A DNA stretch of 63,350 nt, counting the filler, from Platydemus manokwari (taxonomy: Eukaryota): NCBI GenBank assembly GCA_037951405.1. It is 6 parts of 6 records of this genome, joined end to end, with 100 filler letters (N's around TTAATTAATTAA, not from the genome) between each part and the next. Parts side by side here need not be neighbours in the genome. Positions count along the whole stretch, not along the records: positions 1 to 9,084 come from JBBMOY011302206.1; positions 9,185 to 19,447 come from JBBMOY011152326.1; 4 more parts are not named here. One strand, 5' to 3'. Both the position numbers and the translations under genes were made by a program. The notes under the pieces were generated by a model, which did not search any database, was not told the origin of the DNA, and worked only from the letters and a program-made list of their open reading frames with translations. Each line of letters opens with the position of its first letter. Within the stretch, counting starts at the first letter, position 1. Positions 1 through 13,444 of this stretch are shown in pieces.

Positions 1-111
1 TGAAATGATGAAAAGTTTTAGTTCAAAATTGAAATTGAGTTTGTTAAATGTTTACAACTGATATCAAAGACCTTTTATATTTGATATGATTTATTTGTTT
101 GTTTTAAAGCA

Positions 112-150
112 AGAGAGAGAGAGAGCGAGAGAGAGAGAGAGAGAGAGAGA
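112..150. repeat. (GA)n microsatellite
   Basis: agagagagagagagagcgagagagag... run read directly. Confidence 0.95.
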
Positions 151-789
151 TGACAGCCGTTGTGTTTAATTCACAAAACCTAGAAGACTAACAGAAAAAG
201 CTTGAAATAGAGATATTTTCTGAAATTTTCTCCTCGTTTCATGCTTAAAAGTAGACAGTATGCACTTCCGACACATTTAAATGCAGACTTCATACAAAAC
301 GCTATGATGTTGAGTTTATTTGTATAAGCAAATTTGTGGAAAAAGTTATTTTTGTTGTTGATTTGTTAGTGATTGTTTAAGTCAACAGCTGTAAATAAAA
401 AATTACAAAGAGTCACGGATTTGTAAGTCGACATAAAGTCATCATCTTCACAAAATGCTTTGGTAGGTCTTGTGTTGAGTTTAAATGACCATTTTGAAAC
501 TTATTGTGAAGCAAATTATCAATCAATTCTGGAAACAAAGTTGGTACCGAATATGTGTATTTTATTTGATTTTCTCATGATGATTTTTTCTTGAATAAGA
601 TCAGTTAACCTATGTTGATACTGCTGCACAAATTTCAGTTTCTACATTTTCCCAATTAGAAATTTTACTACTCTCGTTCGTAGTACTTGTCGTTAGATCT
701 CTTTAAAATGGGTAATACAGTTACTCAATATTTTTTACCAGTATTTTACTTTTTCGACTTCTTTAAATCCTTTTACTGGACTTTCATGA

Positions 790-1250
790 TATTCTTTTAA
801 TATTTCATCAAATCTATCATAAGATTTTTAGATTCAGCTATTCCGAGTCTGTCAACCCAACGATTTAATTTATCTCGCATAACCGATAATTCTGCTTCCC
901 ATGCCTCTTTATCTTTTGTGAATGTTGCTTTAACTATGTCTTGAGAGTCCTGAAGATTGACTTTCTATTTAAAGATTGGTTGTTTGAATTTATTTTGATT
1001 TGAGGGCATGCTATAGTTTTTTGATATAGTTCTTGATTTACAGTTTCCTGAAATATGATCTCCCTACCGCTTTTAAAGCAAGAACGAGATTCTTTATCAG
1101 GTAATTCTCTTCGTCTATGATTGAAAGAGGATTTAATTTTTTGAGAATTTGCACAATGACAATTTTGTTGTCTTTTAAAGCATAAAACTGACTGCTTCTT
1201 TTCAGCACAACTTTAACCAGGGATCGTCAATGGCTGTAATAAAGTGACAT
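790..1250 (-). pseudogene. Decayed retroelement Gag/ORF1-like relic with two degenerate CCHC zinc knuckles
   Basis: Manual minus-strand translation gives CFKRQQNCHCANS and SCFKSGR/DHISGNCK (frameshifted CX2CX4HX4C-like motifs), followed by a charged helical stretch (KEAWEAELSVMRDKLNRW). Multiple stops and frameshifts. Confidence 0.4.
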
Positions 1251-3667
1251 AATTACTTGTCTAATAATTTCAGAATTTTTTGAATTGGTTGAAATTTTTT
1301 ATATGATTTTATTTATGTAAAATTTTTGTTTACTTTAAAAGTTTAAGAATTTTTAATTTTTATTTGAATTTATATTTATTGAGAAGTGAAGATATTTTGT
1401 TTTGTTTGTTTAAGACGAAAACACCCTATAGAGTTTTTATGTATGTTCTTAAAGGTTTTGTGTGAGAGTTGTTTACATAAATAAATGTTTATTTATAATA
1501 TTATCGTATTTTTTATGGGAAATCAGGAATTATTTGAAAAATTTCCTTATGGATAAAACTCTTGGAGATGACTCTTAAAAAATAATTTTTCAAGCATAAA
1601 ATTTTTTCAAAAATACACTTAAATCACGAATAAATGTAAATGTCTTGGTAAATCCTTTGTTTGGGGAATTGGAGTATCACTTGTTAGAGATAAAACTGAA
1701 AGTGGTCTCTCGATTTTGCCCAGTTAATGTTATTATTTTCTATTGCTAAATTTGTGGGCTATTTGTACATTGAAGTACATTTCGACTCTCATCACTTTTT
1801 TAGTGAGTTCGTCATAATTGGCGTAATTGCCAAAACTAAGTGCTGTATTGATGTGGCTGTGAACGACTTCTAAAAATTAGTCCTTGCCGAATTTTCTTAT
1901 TTGTGCTGGCCAATCTGCTTTAGGGTCAAAAGTTTTGCTGCTGAAGTAAACAGATAAAGTTCGAATTCTTCGAATGTTTCATTTGCTTTTTGTAATGGAG
2001 AGAGAATAATTTTTGTCAATTAATTCTACCTACTTTTTCATTGATGAGTTATTAATTATTTAATTACCATCTATTATATAATGTCAATTTGGTTATATGC
2101 CTCTCTGGCAGCTTCTTTTAAATAGCAAGATAATTGTTGCATCATCGTTCGTTTTATTCAACCTTATGCAGAAGCGTACATGAGGTAATCAGTTATAAAA
2201 TCGAATGCTAACATTATTATTTAAATCACTATAAATTACAGAATCATCTTGTCACAAGCACGATTAAAAATCATAAACTCAACTTGGAATTTGAGACTAT
2301 TTCTTTATAAACCTATCGTGAATGTTAATCTTTCTATTCGTTGAAATAGTCTGCATACTAGTTTGTTAATAGATTCCCTTCTAACTTTTGCGCCATTTTT
2401 TTTATCTTGGTGTTTATTGCTTTTTGTTAATGTCCACCAATTGATGATCGAATTCTGTTTATGAGTAGGTATATTGGATGCATTTGATTGGCTATTGACA
2501 TGTGCGCTCATCAAATCTGTGTGTACCAAACCTTTAGAGGATTTGTTTTAGGTATATTGCTTTGGTTTTGATGCACACTCAACAATTATATAAAGTAAAG
2601 TTAAAATTAAAGTACAAAGGCTAAATCATAATAAATGTTTACAAATGTTAATTCAGAGCAGTTGTAAGTGTTTAGAAATTCCAATCACGGATATTTTGAG
2701 AAAAAGTAGGTTAACGTCTTAGTTTCAACTCACTTGTCTATATCATTTAAAAAATTCTTGAAATTATTTTTTAAAGATTTAAAATATCTATGTTAGGAAT
2801 CTATTTAATTTATAATCCTGTTCAGTTGCCTAAAATATCCCAAAGAAAATCAATAAAAATTTTATTAGATAATTTAGGAACAGCTAAAAGACTTAAAAGA
2901 TGCAAATCGAGCAGGCTATTTTATTCTGTATATTCAAACAAATAGAGATATTTTCTAAAATTAATGGCTGCTTTATTTGTGCTAATGAGATGATCGAAAA
3001 ACAACAATTGGAAAAGTGATGAATTTCCTTTTCGATTTTTTTCACTTTTAATAATAATATAAATAAATTTATAAACCAAAATGAATTTAATAACTAAATT
3101 TATATTATTACTTTAAATAACAATTCCAATAGAATATAAAAATATAAATGAGCCAATATCGAAGAAATTGGGCTTCAATCAGAAGGCAATCCATAGAAAA
3201 GTGAAAAGTGTACAGAGAATCGGTGTCTTAAAAATAAAAATTGGCCGTGAAGATGAATAAAATGATAGCGATGATGCACCTAATTCGAGGTGTTGAACGT
3301 TTTCAATTCAGCACCACGTGAAATGATTTTTCCCATAATATCTGGCGTGGCTTATTATTATTTTTGTTTCACATGCATTTTATTGATGGTAGTATCAGTG
3401 CTGATCAAAGATTTCCTGCCCAGTCTGAAAACTTTGAACACAAATTGTGATTACTTAAACAATCTTCTGAGATTCTCGATATCTTATTCTGATAATCATA
3501 TTTTGGGAATCTCAACTTTCTATCGCTATCATGAAATCCAGTGTTTATTGAATAAATTATTATTATTATTACTGACAAATATTAAGAGTAAAACATTCAT
3601 CGAAATCAAAGTACCTACATGTTCTTACCTTACTATGGATACTTTAGTATATAATTAATGGTATAAG

Positions 3668-3694
3668 ATATATATATATATATATATATATATA
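3668..3694. repeat. (TA)n microsatellite
   Basis: atatatatat... run. Confidence 0.95.
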
Positions 3695-6600
3695 ATGGTA
3701 TGCTACTTTCTGTCTTAATTAAGAGCCGTGGCACCGTTATTAGAACACTTTTTCAGGATTTTTCAGTATGTTACAATAAATTGCAATATATTTTAAATAA
3801 ATTTAAAGACTAGAGGGCAATTATTAAAATCAAAAATGAAGCCATAAATAATTTATTTGAAAATAATATAAATAACTACAAATCGACCCACGAATAAATT
3901 CAGCAAATGAAAACCCAAGATTCTCGACATCAAGCAGATACACCCGATAGGTCTACAAAACAGGTTGAGTTCCATGGATATCTGTCAGTCTTTTTTGGTC
4001 GGTAACTTGAGTGCTTAGCTTATATGTGATATTAGTAATCAATCTTTTTAATTATTTTTCATTCTGTTTTTGACTTTCGGGCGCTGACCTCGTCTTGAGT
4101 GATTTACTTTGTGAGTTATGAAAAGATTTTCTGTTGTTTTGTTCAGACTTTGGGTATAATATTTTAGTTAATACAATTTTTCAGATCTAAATTGTTGATT
4201 GATAACCAAACACTTTTTAAAATAAAAATAAATTCAATAATCAATCTTATCAATTCATTTGAGTTTGTGTTTCCTAATTTGATTACCTTAATGAAATAAT
4301 TAACAATAAAACATCAAAAAGTCCAGTATCGATTCATCTGTAAATTTGTAATTGATCTAAATTGTCATTTTCTCAATTTATTTTTCATCGTATTTGTTTA
4401 TTTCTAACGTTTTATTATTGTTGCAAAAAAAATGAAGTTTCAATAAAATATTCCGATAAAAGAATTTATTTCCTCTAAAATTAAAAAATTATTAAAATAT
4501 GGTACGACATCTTTTACGAATAAGGTATCATTTTACTTTTAAATCATAAATATCAATAAAAAATATTATTCCAATCCTGATTAATTTTAATTGTTAATAT
4601 TAAAAGCTAACTAACCAAATCATATATCATAGCTATGCTGATGCCTAGCTTGAGAATAATAGGCTGAGAAAAATTTGTTGGTCGAATATTCTTGTCATAT
4701 GTAGTGAATAAATGTTGAATAAGCTTGTGCTCTTGGGATTTCTGTTCTAATAGAAAATAATCAATCAAACAGTTCTTTTGTGTTATAAAAATAATTCCAA
4801 CAGAAAACAAATCGCTACTGATTCTGTTGAAGTGGTATAAATATGTGGTTATTAAAATCAATTAATTTGATAAACAATAATTTACAAATAAATTTATTAA
4901 TATTTAGGTTTAATAAAAATATTCGATTTGTCAATTGATGTTGTTATCGCTATTGAATTGATTAGGCTAAATTGAAGAATTTTTTACTCAAATTTTATCT
5001 CACAAGAGAACACTCAAAAATTGTAATGTTTGATAAATTCGATTGTAAATAATTCAAATATTAAATTATCGGAGAGAATCCCTTTTATTTTACTTATGAA
5101 TTCCCCAAAAGATAATAATTGAGTTATTCTAATGTCATTCAAAATTTGATGAAATGATTTTTGGAAATCGATAAATTGATAAGCCATTCAATACCATATA
5201 AAGTATTTTTTGTAGAAAATTATATATTTTATTTTGTTTTGGAAACTTTTAATTTTTGGTTGGTAAATTAGAAATTAGCATTCTTATCAATGAAATTTAT
5301 TGGCGTTTGGAATGTTCTAAAGAAGATATGATATTTCCATATTTTCAAACGGTTCGAGGGATATATTGAAACCAAATCAAATGGGAGTTTCCTAAACACA
5401 CTGGTTTAAAATTGATATCCTCGTTACTGTGGTAACAATATTTGAAGATAAATATATTATAATTAAATAAAAAAGAATGAAATAATTGAAGATTTGAAAA
5501 TCCCCGGACAATGTTATTAAATTTACTAATATTTTTGTAAGATATTATGTCATATTAATGATTATTTTACTGTGATAATTATAACTGATATTACTATTAG
5601 TATATGATGATTGACAATTCCCCAGAGTAAATCAATTTTATTTTCTATTTCTACTCATTAATATAGGAAAGGATCTTCAACAAGCTGTTCGAATAATCAC
5701 CCACTGGTATATTCCAGTTAAAAAGTGTTAAACTTCATCAGAAAGTTAGTCTTGCTTTCGTTCCAATTTTTGAATGTATTGAAAGCAACATGATTACTTC
5801 AAGTACAATTATATTGTGGTTCAAAGTATATATGTGGGTTCACACAGGTTTGAATATTGAATAACTGATAAATAGTTAGATTTCACGAATCTTTTTAGTA
5901 AACAAAGTTATTTTAAAATTAGCTCACAGGCTCATTCAAATCTGTGGTCATTTTATTCAACTTCAATTTCATCTGCCCATGGTAGTTGGCAGGTATTGAA
6001 ATTGGTTTCAAATGAATATATACCTCTTCATATATCACTCCTCATTAAATTAGTAAATTTTAATATCAACTCAAACACGTTCGAAACTTGTTTTAACATT
6101 TTGTTTGAAATCCCAAAGAAAATTATATAAATTCTAATAATCATTCTCAATCTTAAACTCCGTGTATCGTGATATAAATAATTGCCATTGATATTGATAA
6201 AATATTCACAGTTTTCATATCATTGGTGAATTATTGAATAAAATAAAATTTATAAAAATTACAAAACATAACAATTGTGCCTCAAAAAATGTAAAATTAT
6301 CATGAATTTTATGCAGGCGAAAAGTTCTCATTTGAAAAATGAAAAATTCAAATGAATATTTAATTTTTTGACGTCTAGATTTTGTATAATTATAATATTG
6401 GATAGAAACCGTTGATTACTGAGAAATTGAAAATTAATCGAATGAAAAATTATGCATTGAAGTCTATATATGGATTTTGTGAAAAAATGCGTTGGTATTC
6501 ATATGCTAGTTTTTAATAATTAAAACAAGAAAATAATAATGATATTACAACTGGTATGAAGCCAAAATACAATCTCATTCACGTGACCGTAGACCAATAT

Positions 6601-9084
6601 TAAGTGAAATCAAGTAAAGTGATCCTGGTTTCTAATCCATAAATAAGCTGATTTCGAAAATAGTGAATTTGAGATTTGATAGTAATGAGTTGAATATTCT
6701 ACTTTGAAATTAAAATTCTCAGTTATTTATTCAGTAAACCATCATAGCATTTACAATTACGATAATTATAGTGAGTTAACACTGATATGGAACCAAAATG
6801 CAATTGCAATGTTTGAGTATTACCAAATGAAGAGTGATATTGGGAGTGACTGAAATTGATGTGGATTCGATTCCATTAGTAAGTAATTACACTAGTAATA
6901 CTTAAATGGTGAATTTGAGATATTATTGCATATTAATGAGTAGAAAGAATTTTAAAAAACTGGGAATTTTACTTGTTCAAATCATCAAACTCATAATGAT
7001 AATAAAAAGTATTCAATTATAATTATAATTATTGATATAATTATTTTTAACTATTACCAGTAACCATCAAGTCGTACATACTTTTTATTTACTTTATTAT
7101 ATATTTTGTATATTTCAGTGTAGAAACGAAAAATTTTAATTTGTTTAACAAATTCAAGTTTAATTTATTTTCAATGCATCGCTTTTTTCAAAACAGATGA
7201 AGAAAATTAAAAATACTTTTATTGTAAATTTTAAAATCCGATAATTTTCATTTTATTTTATAAAAGTTTAAAAGTTGATTGAAATAGTATCAGAACTCTG
7301 CAAGATATGAATAAAACTTTATCAAATCTCATTGGGTATTTCGTTATAATTATAAATAAACAGTTTGAGAAATTTTTAAGAGAAGTATTAATATTAATAC
7401 TAGTTTCATTGATTTTCTAAGATTGTTACGCATATTAAATGTAATAATTAATTAATCCAAATTTAATAAAATTTCCATTTCCTTTCAGCTTTTATTCAAC
7501 TTCTTATAATAAAAAGAATTTTTCATATTCATAACAACGAAAACAAATCTTCTCAACATTAACTCATTGATTATCATTGGATGAATCTTAAATACTGAAT
7601 TATAATAGATTGTTTTTTAAACGTTGATATGAATTTGTCTAAGTGGTTATCTTGTTGAAACTAATTGAGAGACAAGTATTTGTTAATACAGGAAAGCAAA
7701 CATCTTTTTTCAAAAATAGAAATAATGAACGTGAAATTTCAATTCACAATAATAAAAATAATAATTAGGAATATAAAATAATGTTGTTAATTATTTATCA
7801 TGCAACCCAATTATAAATGCGAAGAAAATCGTCGCAGAATACCTTATTCAAAGAAAGTGTTTGATGCAATGCTGGATTTTAATTAAAAATCACATTTTTT
7901 GTAATAAAAAAAATATGAAGACACTAGTTTGTTAGCAAAATTATTTCATATTTTCGAATGCGAACTTCTAATTTTTGTACTGATTTCTTTCGATATTCCA
8001 ATAACATCATTCCTGTAATTGAAATATATTCTCATATGAACTTATATTATGGAACTGAAAAAATTAAAACAAGACCTCGACTTAGAAGAGTATAAATATT
8101 GATCACCCTCTGATTTAAACACAGATCTCACATTATTGAACTTTTAATTTTGACTTCTTGTAAATTTGTCATTAGTTTTGACTAGTTTATCACTGGATTA
8201 TTTGTTTGAATTGCCAATGACTAAAAATGGGTTAGCTCATTTTACAATTATATTATTAATAAAATTTTATTTCCGAAAATGAAAGTTTTCATCATAAGGA
8301 GAACGATCATTTATTTAACAATTAAAATCCACGGTTAATTTCCAATCAAACTGGTTAACTGTCGAAACTTACTAAAGAAATTATAAAGAAATCAGCCTTC
8401 TGTTTGTGGAATTTAAATTTCAAATAATCATTGAAAATATCATTAAAATTTAACGATAATGAATATATTCAATGAGAACGCTGTCGAAACCAAATTATTG
8501 AAAAATTTAATTATAACAGATGGCCTTATCTAAATAACCCTTTGAAATCTTAATCTGATTTCAATGAAGTAGAAATTTTATTAGTTATTTCTAAAGTTTA
8601 ATATTAATATAGCTCTAATCAAACAAACTATATTTGAGCAGCAGTTTTTGAATGTAATCAAAATTCATTTTTTTAACGACATTTTTAAAAGTTTATTTTT
8701 TAATAAATTTGAGAAAAGTTATAAAATGCTCATCAGTCATTCTAGCTATAATTTTGAAAATCTTCGATGCTTGACATTCAGCATATTAAAACAAAGATAA
8801 TTAATACCATCTTACTAAAAGTAGTGTTATCTGATAACGCGATAGTCTAATCTCTCTGATTTTCCAATGATTTATTTAATTCAATTAAAATAAAAAACGT
8901 TGTTTGCAAAATAATATTTTTATTTCTATTACATGCATTTAAACCATTTTAGAAAGTTCGTGTAAAGGAAGAATTTTATTTGAAAAATAAAATTTTTGAA
9001 AAATAAATTACTAATGAATATTTTGGTTAACATTAACAATCAAAAGTTATTTGTTATTTATAACATTTAAATTATATATTTAGT

Positions 9085-9184
9085 NNNNNNNNNNNNNNNN
9101 NNNNNNNNNNNNNNNNNNNNNNNNNNNNTTAATTAATTAANNNNNNNNNNNNNNNNNNNNNNNNNNNNNNNNNNNNNNNNNNNN
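9085..9184. other. Artificial contig-joining spacer (N44-TTAATTAATTAA-N44)
   Basis: Exactly 100 bp; TTAATTAATTAA puts stops in all six frames; identical at five places. Confidence 0.98.
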
Positions 9185-10339
9185 ATATATTATCCTCCAA
9201 AGCTTTTAGTTGGAATAAATATAATTTATCGATACCATGTTCAATCGCTTCACATACTTCCCTATAAATCTTTTTTGAACCGATATGAAATGATTCTCAA
9301 ATAACAGAATTTATTATTGTTAATGAACTTGATCCCATCCCACAATATAAAGTAATTACCGGTAAAATTTCAACATTAGAAAGAGTATGTAAAATATTTG
9401 AAGTAAAACCTAAAAATCTGCCAGATATTAAAATTGAATATTTTAATCCGCTATCAACTTTAGTCCATTTATTTTTTAACTTATTATAATGACTTAATAA
9501 TTCTTCTAACTCTTTTTTCATTCATAAATTTTTCAATTCTAAGTTCATTAATATTTACTTTTAATATATCATTTTCATAACCCAGATAGAATGGACTCAT
9601 ATTCTGAGAGTCTTGTGGAGCACTTGGATTACTAAAATTATCAATATTTGACATAGTCAACAGTAAATGCGGATTGGGATAAAGTTTTTGATCTTCCAGG
9701 ATAAGGATAAAAACAACTAAATTTTGTACCATGATTATTATCCAAGAAAACAGTTCCATCTTATGTTCCAATACAACTTCCTTTTCCATTAACATATTGA
9801 ACAAGAAATACAAAACTAAATTGTAAGAGGGGAATAAGTTCATCTCCCTGAGGAAATTCAGATTTATAAGTAAAATTTCTACCAACCCCAATATAATATT
9901 TTCGTTACTATAATATTCATGGAAACAAAACCACGAAGATGTAAATGAAACTGGTAGTTTTCGAATTAACTTAAGATATTTTTCAAAGTTTTTGTATGGA
10001 TTACCATTAAAAAACACATTTATATTTATATAACAATTAATATTATTCCCCCCTTCCTTAAACAGGTAAATTTTATTTCTACCCCGCTGTCATTAAAAGT
10101 ACTAACATTAGTTGGTTTTCTTATATCAATGATCTATTTTCTCAATGTTTTGATATCATAAGTATTTTTAAGGAGATTATTCCATTTTTTCTAATTCTCC
10201 TCCGGACTGAACACCTAATTTTTTCTTCATTATCTCTATAAATTCTGCTTCCGTTTTTCCCTCTATGAATTTTAAATTGTTAAATTTTTTCGAGATTAAT
10301 TTTATTTCTTTTTCATTTATTTTTTATTATAATTTATAA

Positions 10340-10900
10340 TTTTTATTATATTTCTTCTTCATTAAAATCTATTAAATCCCAATTTTGATCTGTTATTTTA
10401 AAGGCAATTTCACTCACACGTTAAGTAAATATTGGAAAATATATTACTTGTTTTACTTCTCTAACATTAAACAACCTGGACGAACACTATTAGCTGGAAA
10501 GCTATAAATAATATCTGTGCTTTTTCCAGATCCATAACTTCAGAAATATTTATTTTATTTTCTGATAAATGAATTCCAGATGGATATATTTTAGTATTTT
10601 CAAATCCTAAAACAGAACCCAAAGTAATAAATTTAATATTCCCCTTTGTGATTAGTTTACATTTTAAAGTGGGTTTATTACCTTCAATTTTAACATTATA
10701 TATAGGCTTATTATTACTGTCAACTTGTGTTATTCCATTAATTTTATACTCATCAATAACATTTTGTGAACATATATTTATACCTGGAATTTCTCTATCA
10801 CCAGGTAAAATTTTATATAATTTATTTTCATATTCAAATCTTTTATCTAACTTTAAAAGCACTGGAAAACTAAATTTCCATTCAGATTTTTTACTACCAC
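10340..10900 (-). pseudogene. Polinton minor capsid (penton)-like protein relic
   Basis: ORF 10467-10862 (PTLKCKL...LGSVLGFE...SGIHLSENKINI) continues after a frameshift as REVKQVIYFPIFT*RVSEIAFKITDQNWDLIDFNEEEI. This matches the pattern I recall for the Maverick penton C-terminus (IYxP...I.DQxGxxIDFxGE). Confidence 0.65.
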
Positions 10901-11779
10901 ATATTATTACTGTGCTATATATGTTTTAGAAATAATATTAATTAACTCATTAATTTCTCCTCCATTTTAAATTATCACTTTTATGACTTTTGTTCTTATG
11001 AATATAAATAAAACCCTTCACCTTTAATCTCTTTTAAAAATGGTAACTTTATATATCTACCATATTTTAGAAAATCATGCAAAGCTGTACCCTCATAAGG
11101 AGTTAAATAAAATCCGGCCCCTTTAGCACCAGTATTTTTTTTCTTCTATCGCTATTTTATTTTTGGATCCTGTTTCCATTGTGAATTGTTTATTGAATTT
11201 ATTAATTTGAGTGAGGATTATAAAATTTAAATCTCAAAGATTTAACAAGTTAATATCAAAATACACTAATCTGTCTAAATAATTGTATTATTGAATATAA
11301 ATTTTGTAGTGACTTTTTAACTCATTTTTAGATTCATCTTGTGTGTTCCTTTATTTTTCATTCGCTCCGTTCTGGTAGCAAATTTTCTTGCATCTCCTTT
11401 AACAGTGGTGTATATGGATGTTTGTTACCTGTTATTGGTATACGCCAATTGATTATCGAGTTTTAAATATGTTTTAAATATTCCATTTACTAAATGTCTG
11501 ATCTTTTCATAGAATCCGAATTCCCTGGGCTTAGCACCCATTTGCCTCTTGTATTCTAAAATGTAGTAAAGCATAAATGTATGATTTTCATTATAATATT
11601 GTTTTAAGTCAGCGTTTAACAAAAATGAATGTGAGAAAAGCAAAAGACTTAGCAATTAAGAAATCTTTTGAACTATGTTTCTTCGAAAATCCAGAAGAAG
11701 AGGCAATGAAGAAGAAGAGGCAAAAATGAAGAAGAAATTTTATCGATGATGATTTGTGGTGTACACGGATTTAAAATAA

Positions 11780-12240
11780 ATAAAAAATGTAAAAGTAAAA
11801 ACATTTGGAAATAGCGCAAACATAGTTGTAATTCATAAGGAAAACTGAAGAAGGCTTTAAATTGATTTTAGTAGTTATTGATTTATATATAAGAAACTAT
11901 CGGTGTATTTCTTTTGAGGGATAAAAGAAAAGAAACTTTAATTGAAGAATTTGTAGATTATTATGAGGGAATCAAAGAATCCCCAAATATATTTGGTTTG
12001 ATAAAGAATCAGGAATCATCAGTAAACTTCTAAAAGAATTTGTGAGGATAATGATATCATTTTTTATCATACAAAGAATGAAGGAAAAGACATTTATTGC
12101 TGAAAGTTTTAGTAGAACTTTAAAAGACAAAGTGTGGAAACATTTTACAGCTTTTAAAAATCAAAAATAGAATAATAATTTATTAAAAAGTATGGTTAAT
12201 AAATACAATAAAAAAATTCATTCTGGAATTAGAATTAGCT
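11780..12240 (+). pseudogene. Polinton-type retroviral-like integrase (rve, DDE) relic
   Basis: Frameshifted translation: GFKxILVVIDL...PKYIWFDKESG...IIFYHTKNEGK...IAESFSRTLKDKVWKHFTAF...MVNKYNKKIHSGI. This follows the Maverick integrase pattern (VID / WxD / ERFNRTLK / YNxxxHS). Confidence 0.8.
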
Positions 12241-12979
12241 TAGAGTTTTGGCCCTGCACTAACTCATTCAAAAACAGAATGATAATAGGCTTTCCATTGC
12301 TGTTCAAAATCTCGCTCGACATCAAGGAATCCATGGCCACTTGCAACGTTTCTTAGACAGAATCATCATTGAAGACGAGAAATAATGTTTCTATGTGAAT
12401 ATGAAAGAAATTAAAGAATAGATGAGTCATAGAGGGAAGCCTAAGCTCAGGACCAAGAAAGACCTACACCCGATGAAGACAATGATTTGCATATGGTAGA
12501 ATTCAGAAGGTCTAATCCACTGGAAAGTGCTTGGAAAGAACAGGACAGTAGAGAATAATCTCTATAAAGCACTATTGCATCTAATAACTGGGACAATTCA
12601 GTAAATAAGACCGAATCGACAAGGTCAAGCTATCATTCTCCATGACAATACTCGACCCACCCCCTCAAAAACTGTCAACATGACACCCTAAAATCTCGGT
12701 TGGGAAGTCTTTCAACATACTCCCTATTCCCCAGACCTCGTCGCAACGGATTACCATTTCCTCCGCTGTCTTTCAAATGTAATGCAGGGCCTTAGCTTCG
12801 AAACTCAGCATCATCTTTAGAATTAATTCAACAAACTGGTGGAAAAATGGGAAGAAGTAGTGAATAATGAAGGAGTGTACAAAATTCATTGAAATTTTAC
12901 TATTTTTGCGATTAAAAGTCTTTGATTTCTTTGAAAATAAATGTTTGAAAACAGCAGAAACATATGCAACAACCCAATA
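12236..12979 (+). mobile_element. 5'-truncated mariner (DD34D) transposon relic with 3' TIR
   Basis: FLDRIIIEDEK*, LHPMKTMICIW, LHDNTRP, LGWEVFQHTPYSPDLVATDYHF, with stops. Ends ...gaaacatatgcaacaacccaaTA, whose reverse complement TATTGGGTTGTTGCATATG is mariner-TIR-like. Confidence 0.9.
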
Positions 12980-13444
12980 CTACTCTTACAATAACAATAC
13001 TGTTATGCACACATCAGTGCTATCCTTGTTTGGATACAATGCTTTTATACTAAAAATGATTAGTAGATCTGATAAAAATATTGAAGATAATTTCTATGAT
13101 TACTGAAATTCGTATTATTTTTATAAACGAAATTTTAAATAATAATATTAATAGTGTCTAGAGATTTCCGTCGTTGATAATATTCCAAAATGATTCACTA
13201 TTAATTTTATGGATGAGTTTAATCTAATTTTCAAGCGAACTGAAATCGTATTTAGATTCAAATGATATGCACATTGGAACAATTTTTGATTTAAGAGATT
13301 TGAATGAGATATTAGAACCCAGTCGAATCTTAATGCCATGCAAATAGATGGTACAGCAAGTACTAAAATTAAAGAATAAAGATAAAATTTATAACGAAAA
13401 TAATTTCAACAACATTTCAATATTTATTTATCACCATTAAGAAC

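Larger units (their letters stand above)
9185..12240. mobile_element. Decayed Polinton/Maverick (adintovirus-like) element remnant
   Basis: Contains a Polinton-type integrase relic (+) and a minor-capsid-like relic (-). It also carries a GAKGAGFYLTPYEG motif (~11035-11075, -) resembling the GxG-rich small virion proteins of Polintons, and fragmented intronless ORFs at 9297-10017. Confidence 0.75.

Noticed and set aside
2305-4861. Short ORFs 2305, 3290 and 4607 (likewise 14736, 16666, 24292, 40414, 44657, 50643, 58275, 59637, 60365)
   Set aside because: Low-complexity I/L/F/K/N-rich translations expected by chance in AT-rich DNA; many use non-ATG starts.
5400-6950. Scattered cadherin-like words on the + strand (IDNSPE, IIAIDID)
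   Set aside because: No continuous frame; may be an ancient pseudogene, but cannot be supported without a frameshift-aware profile search.
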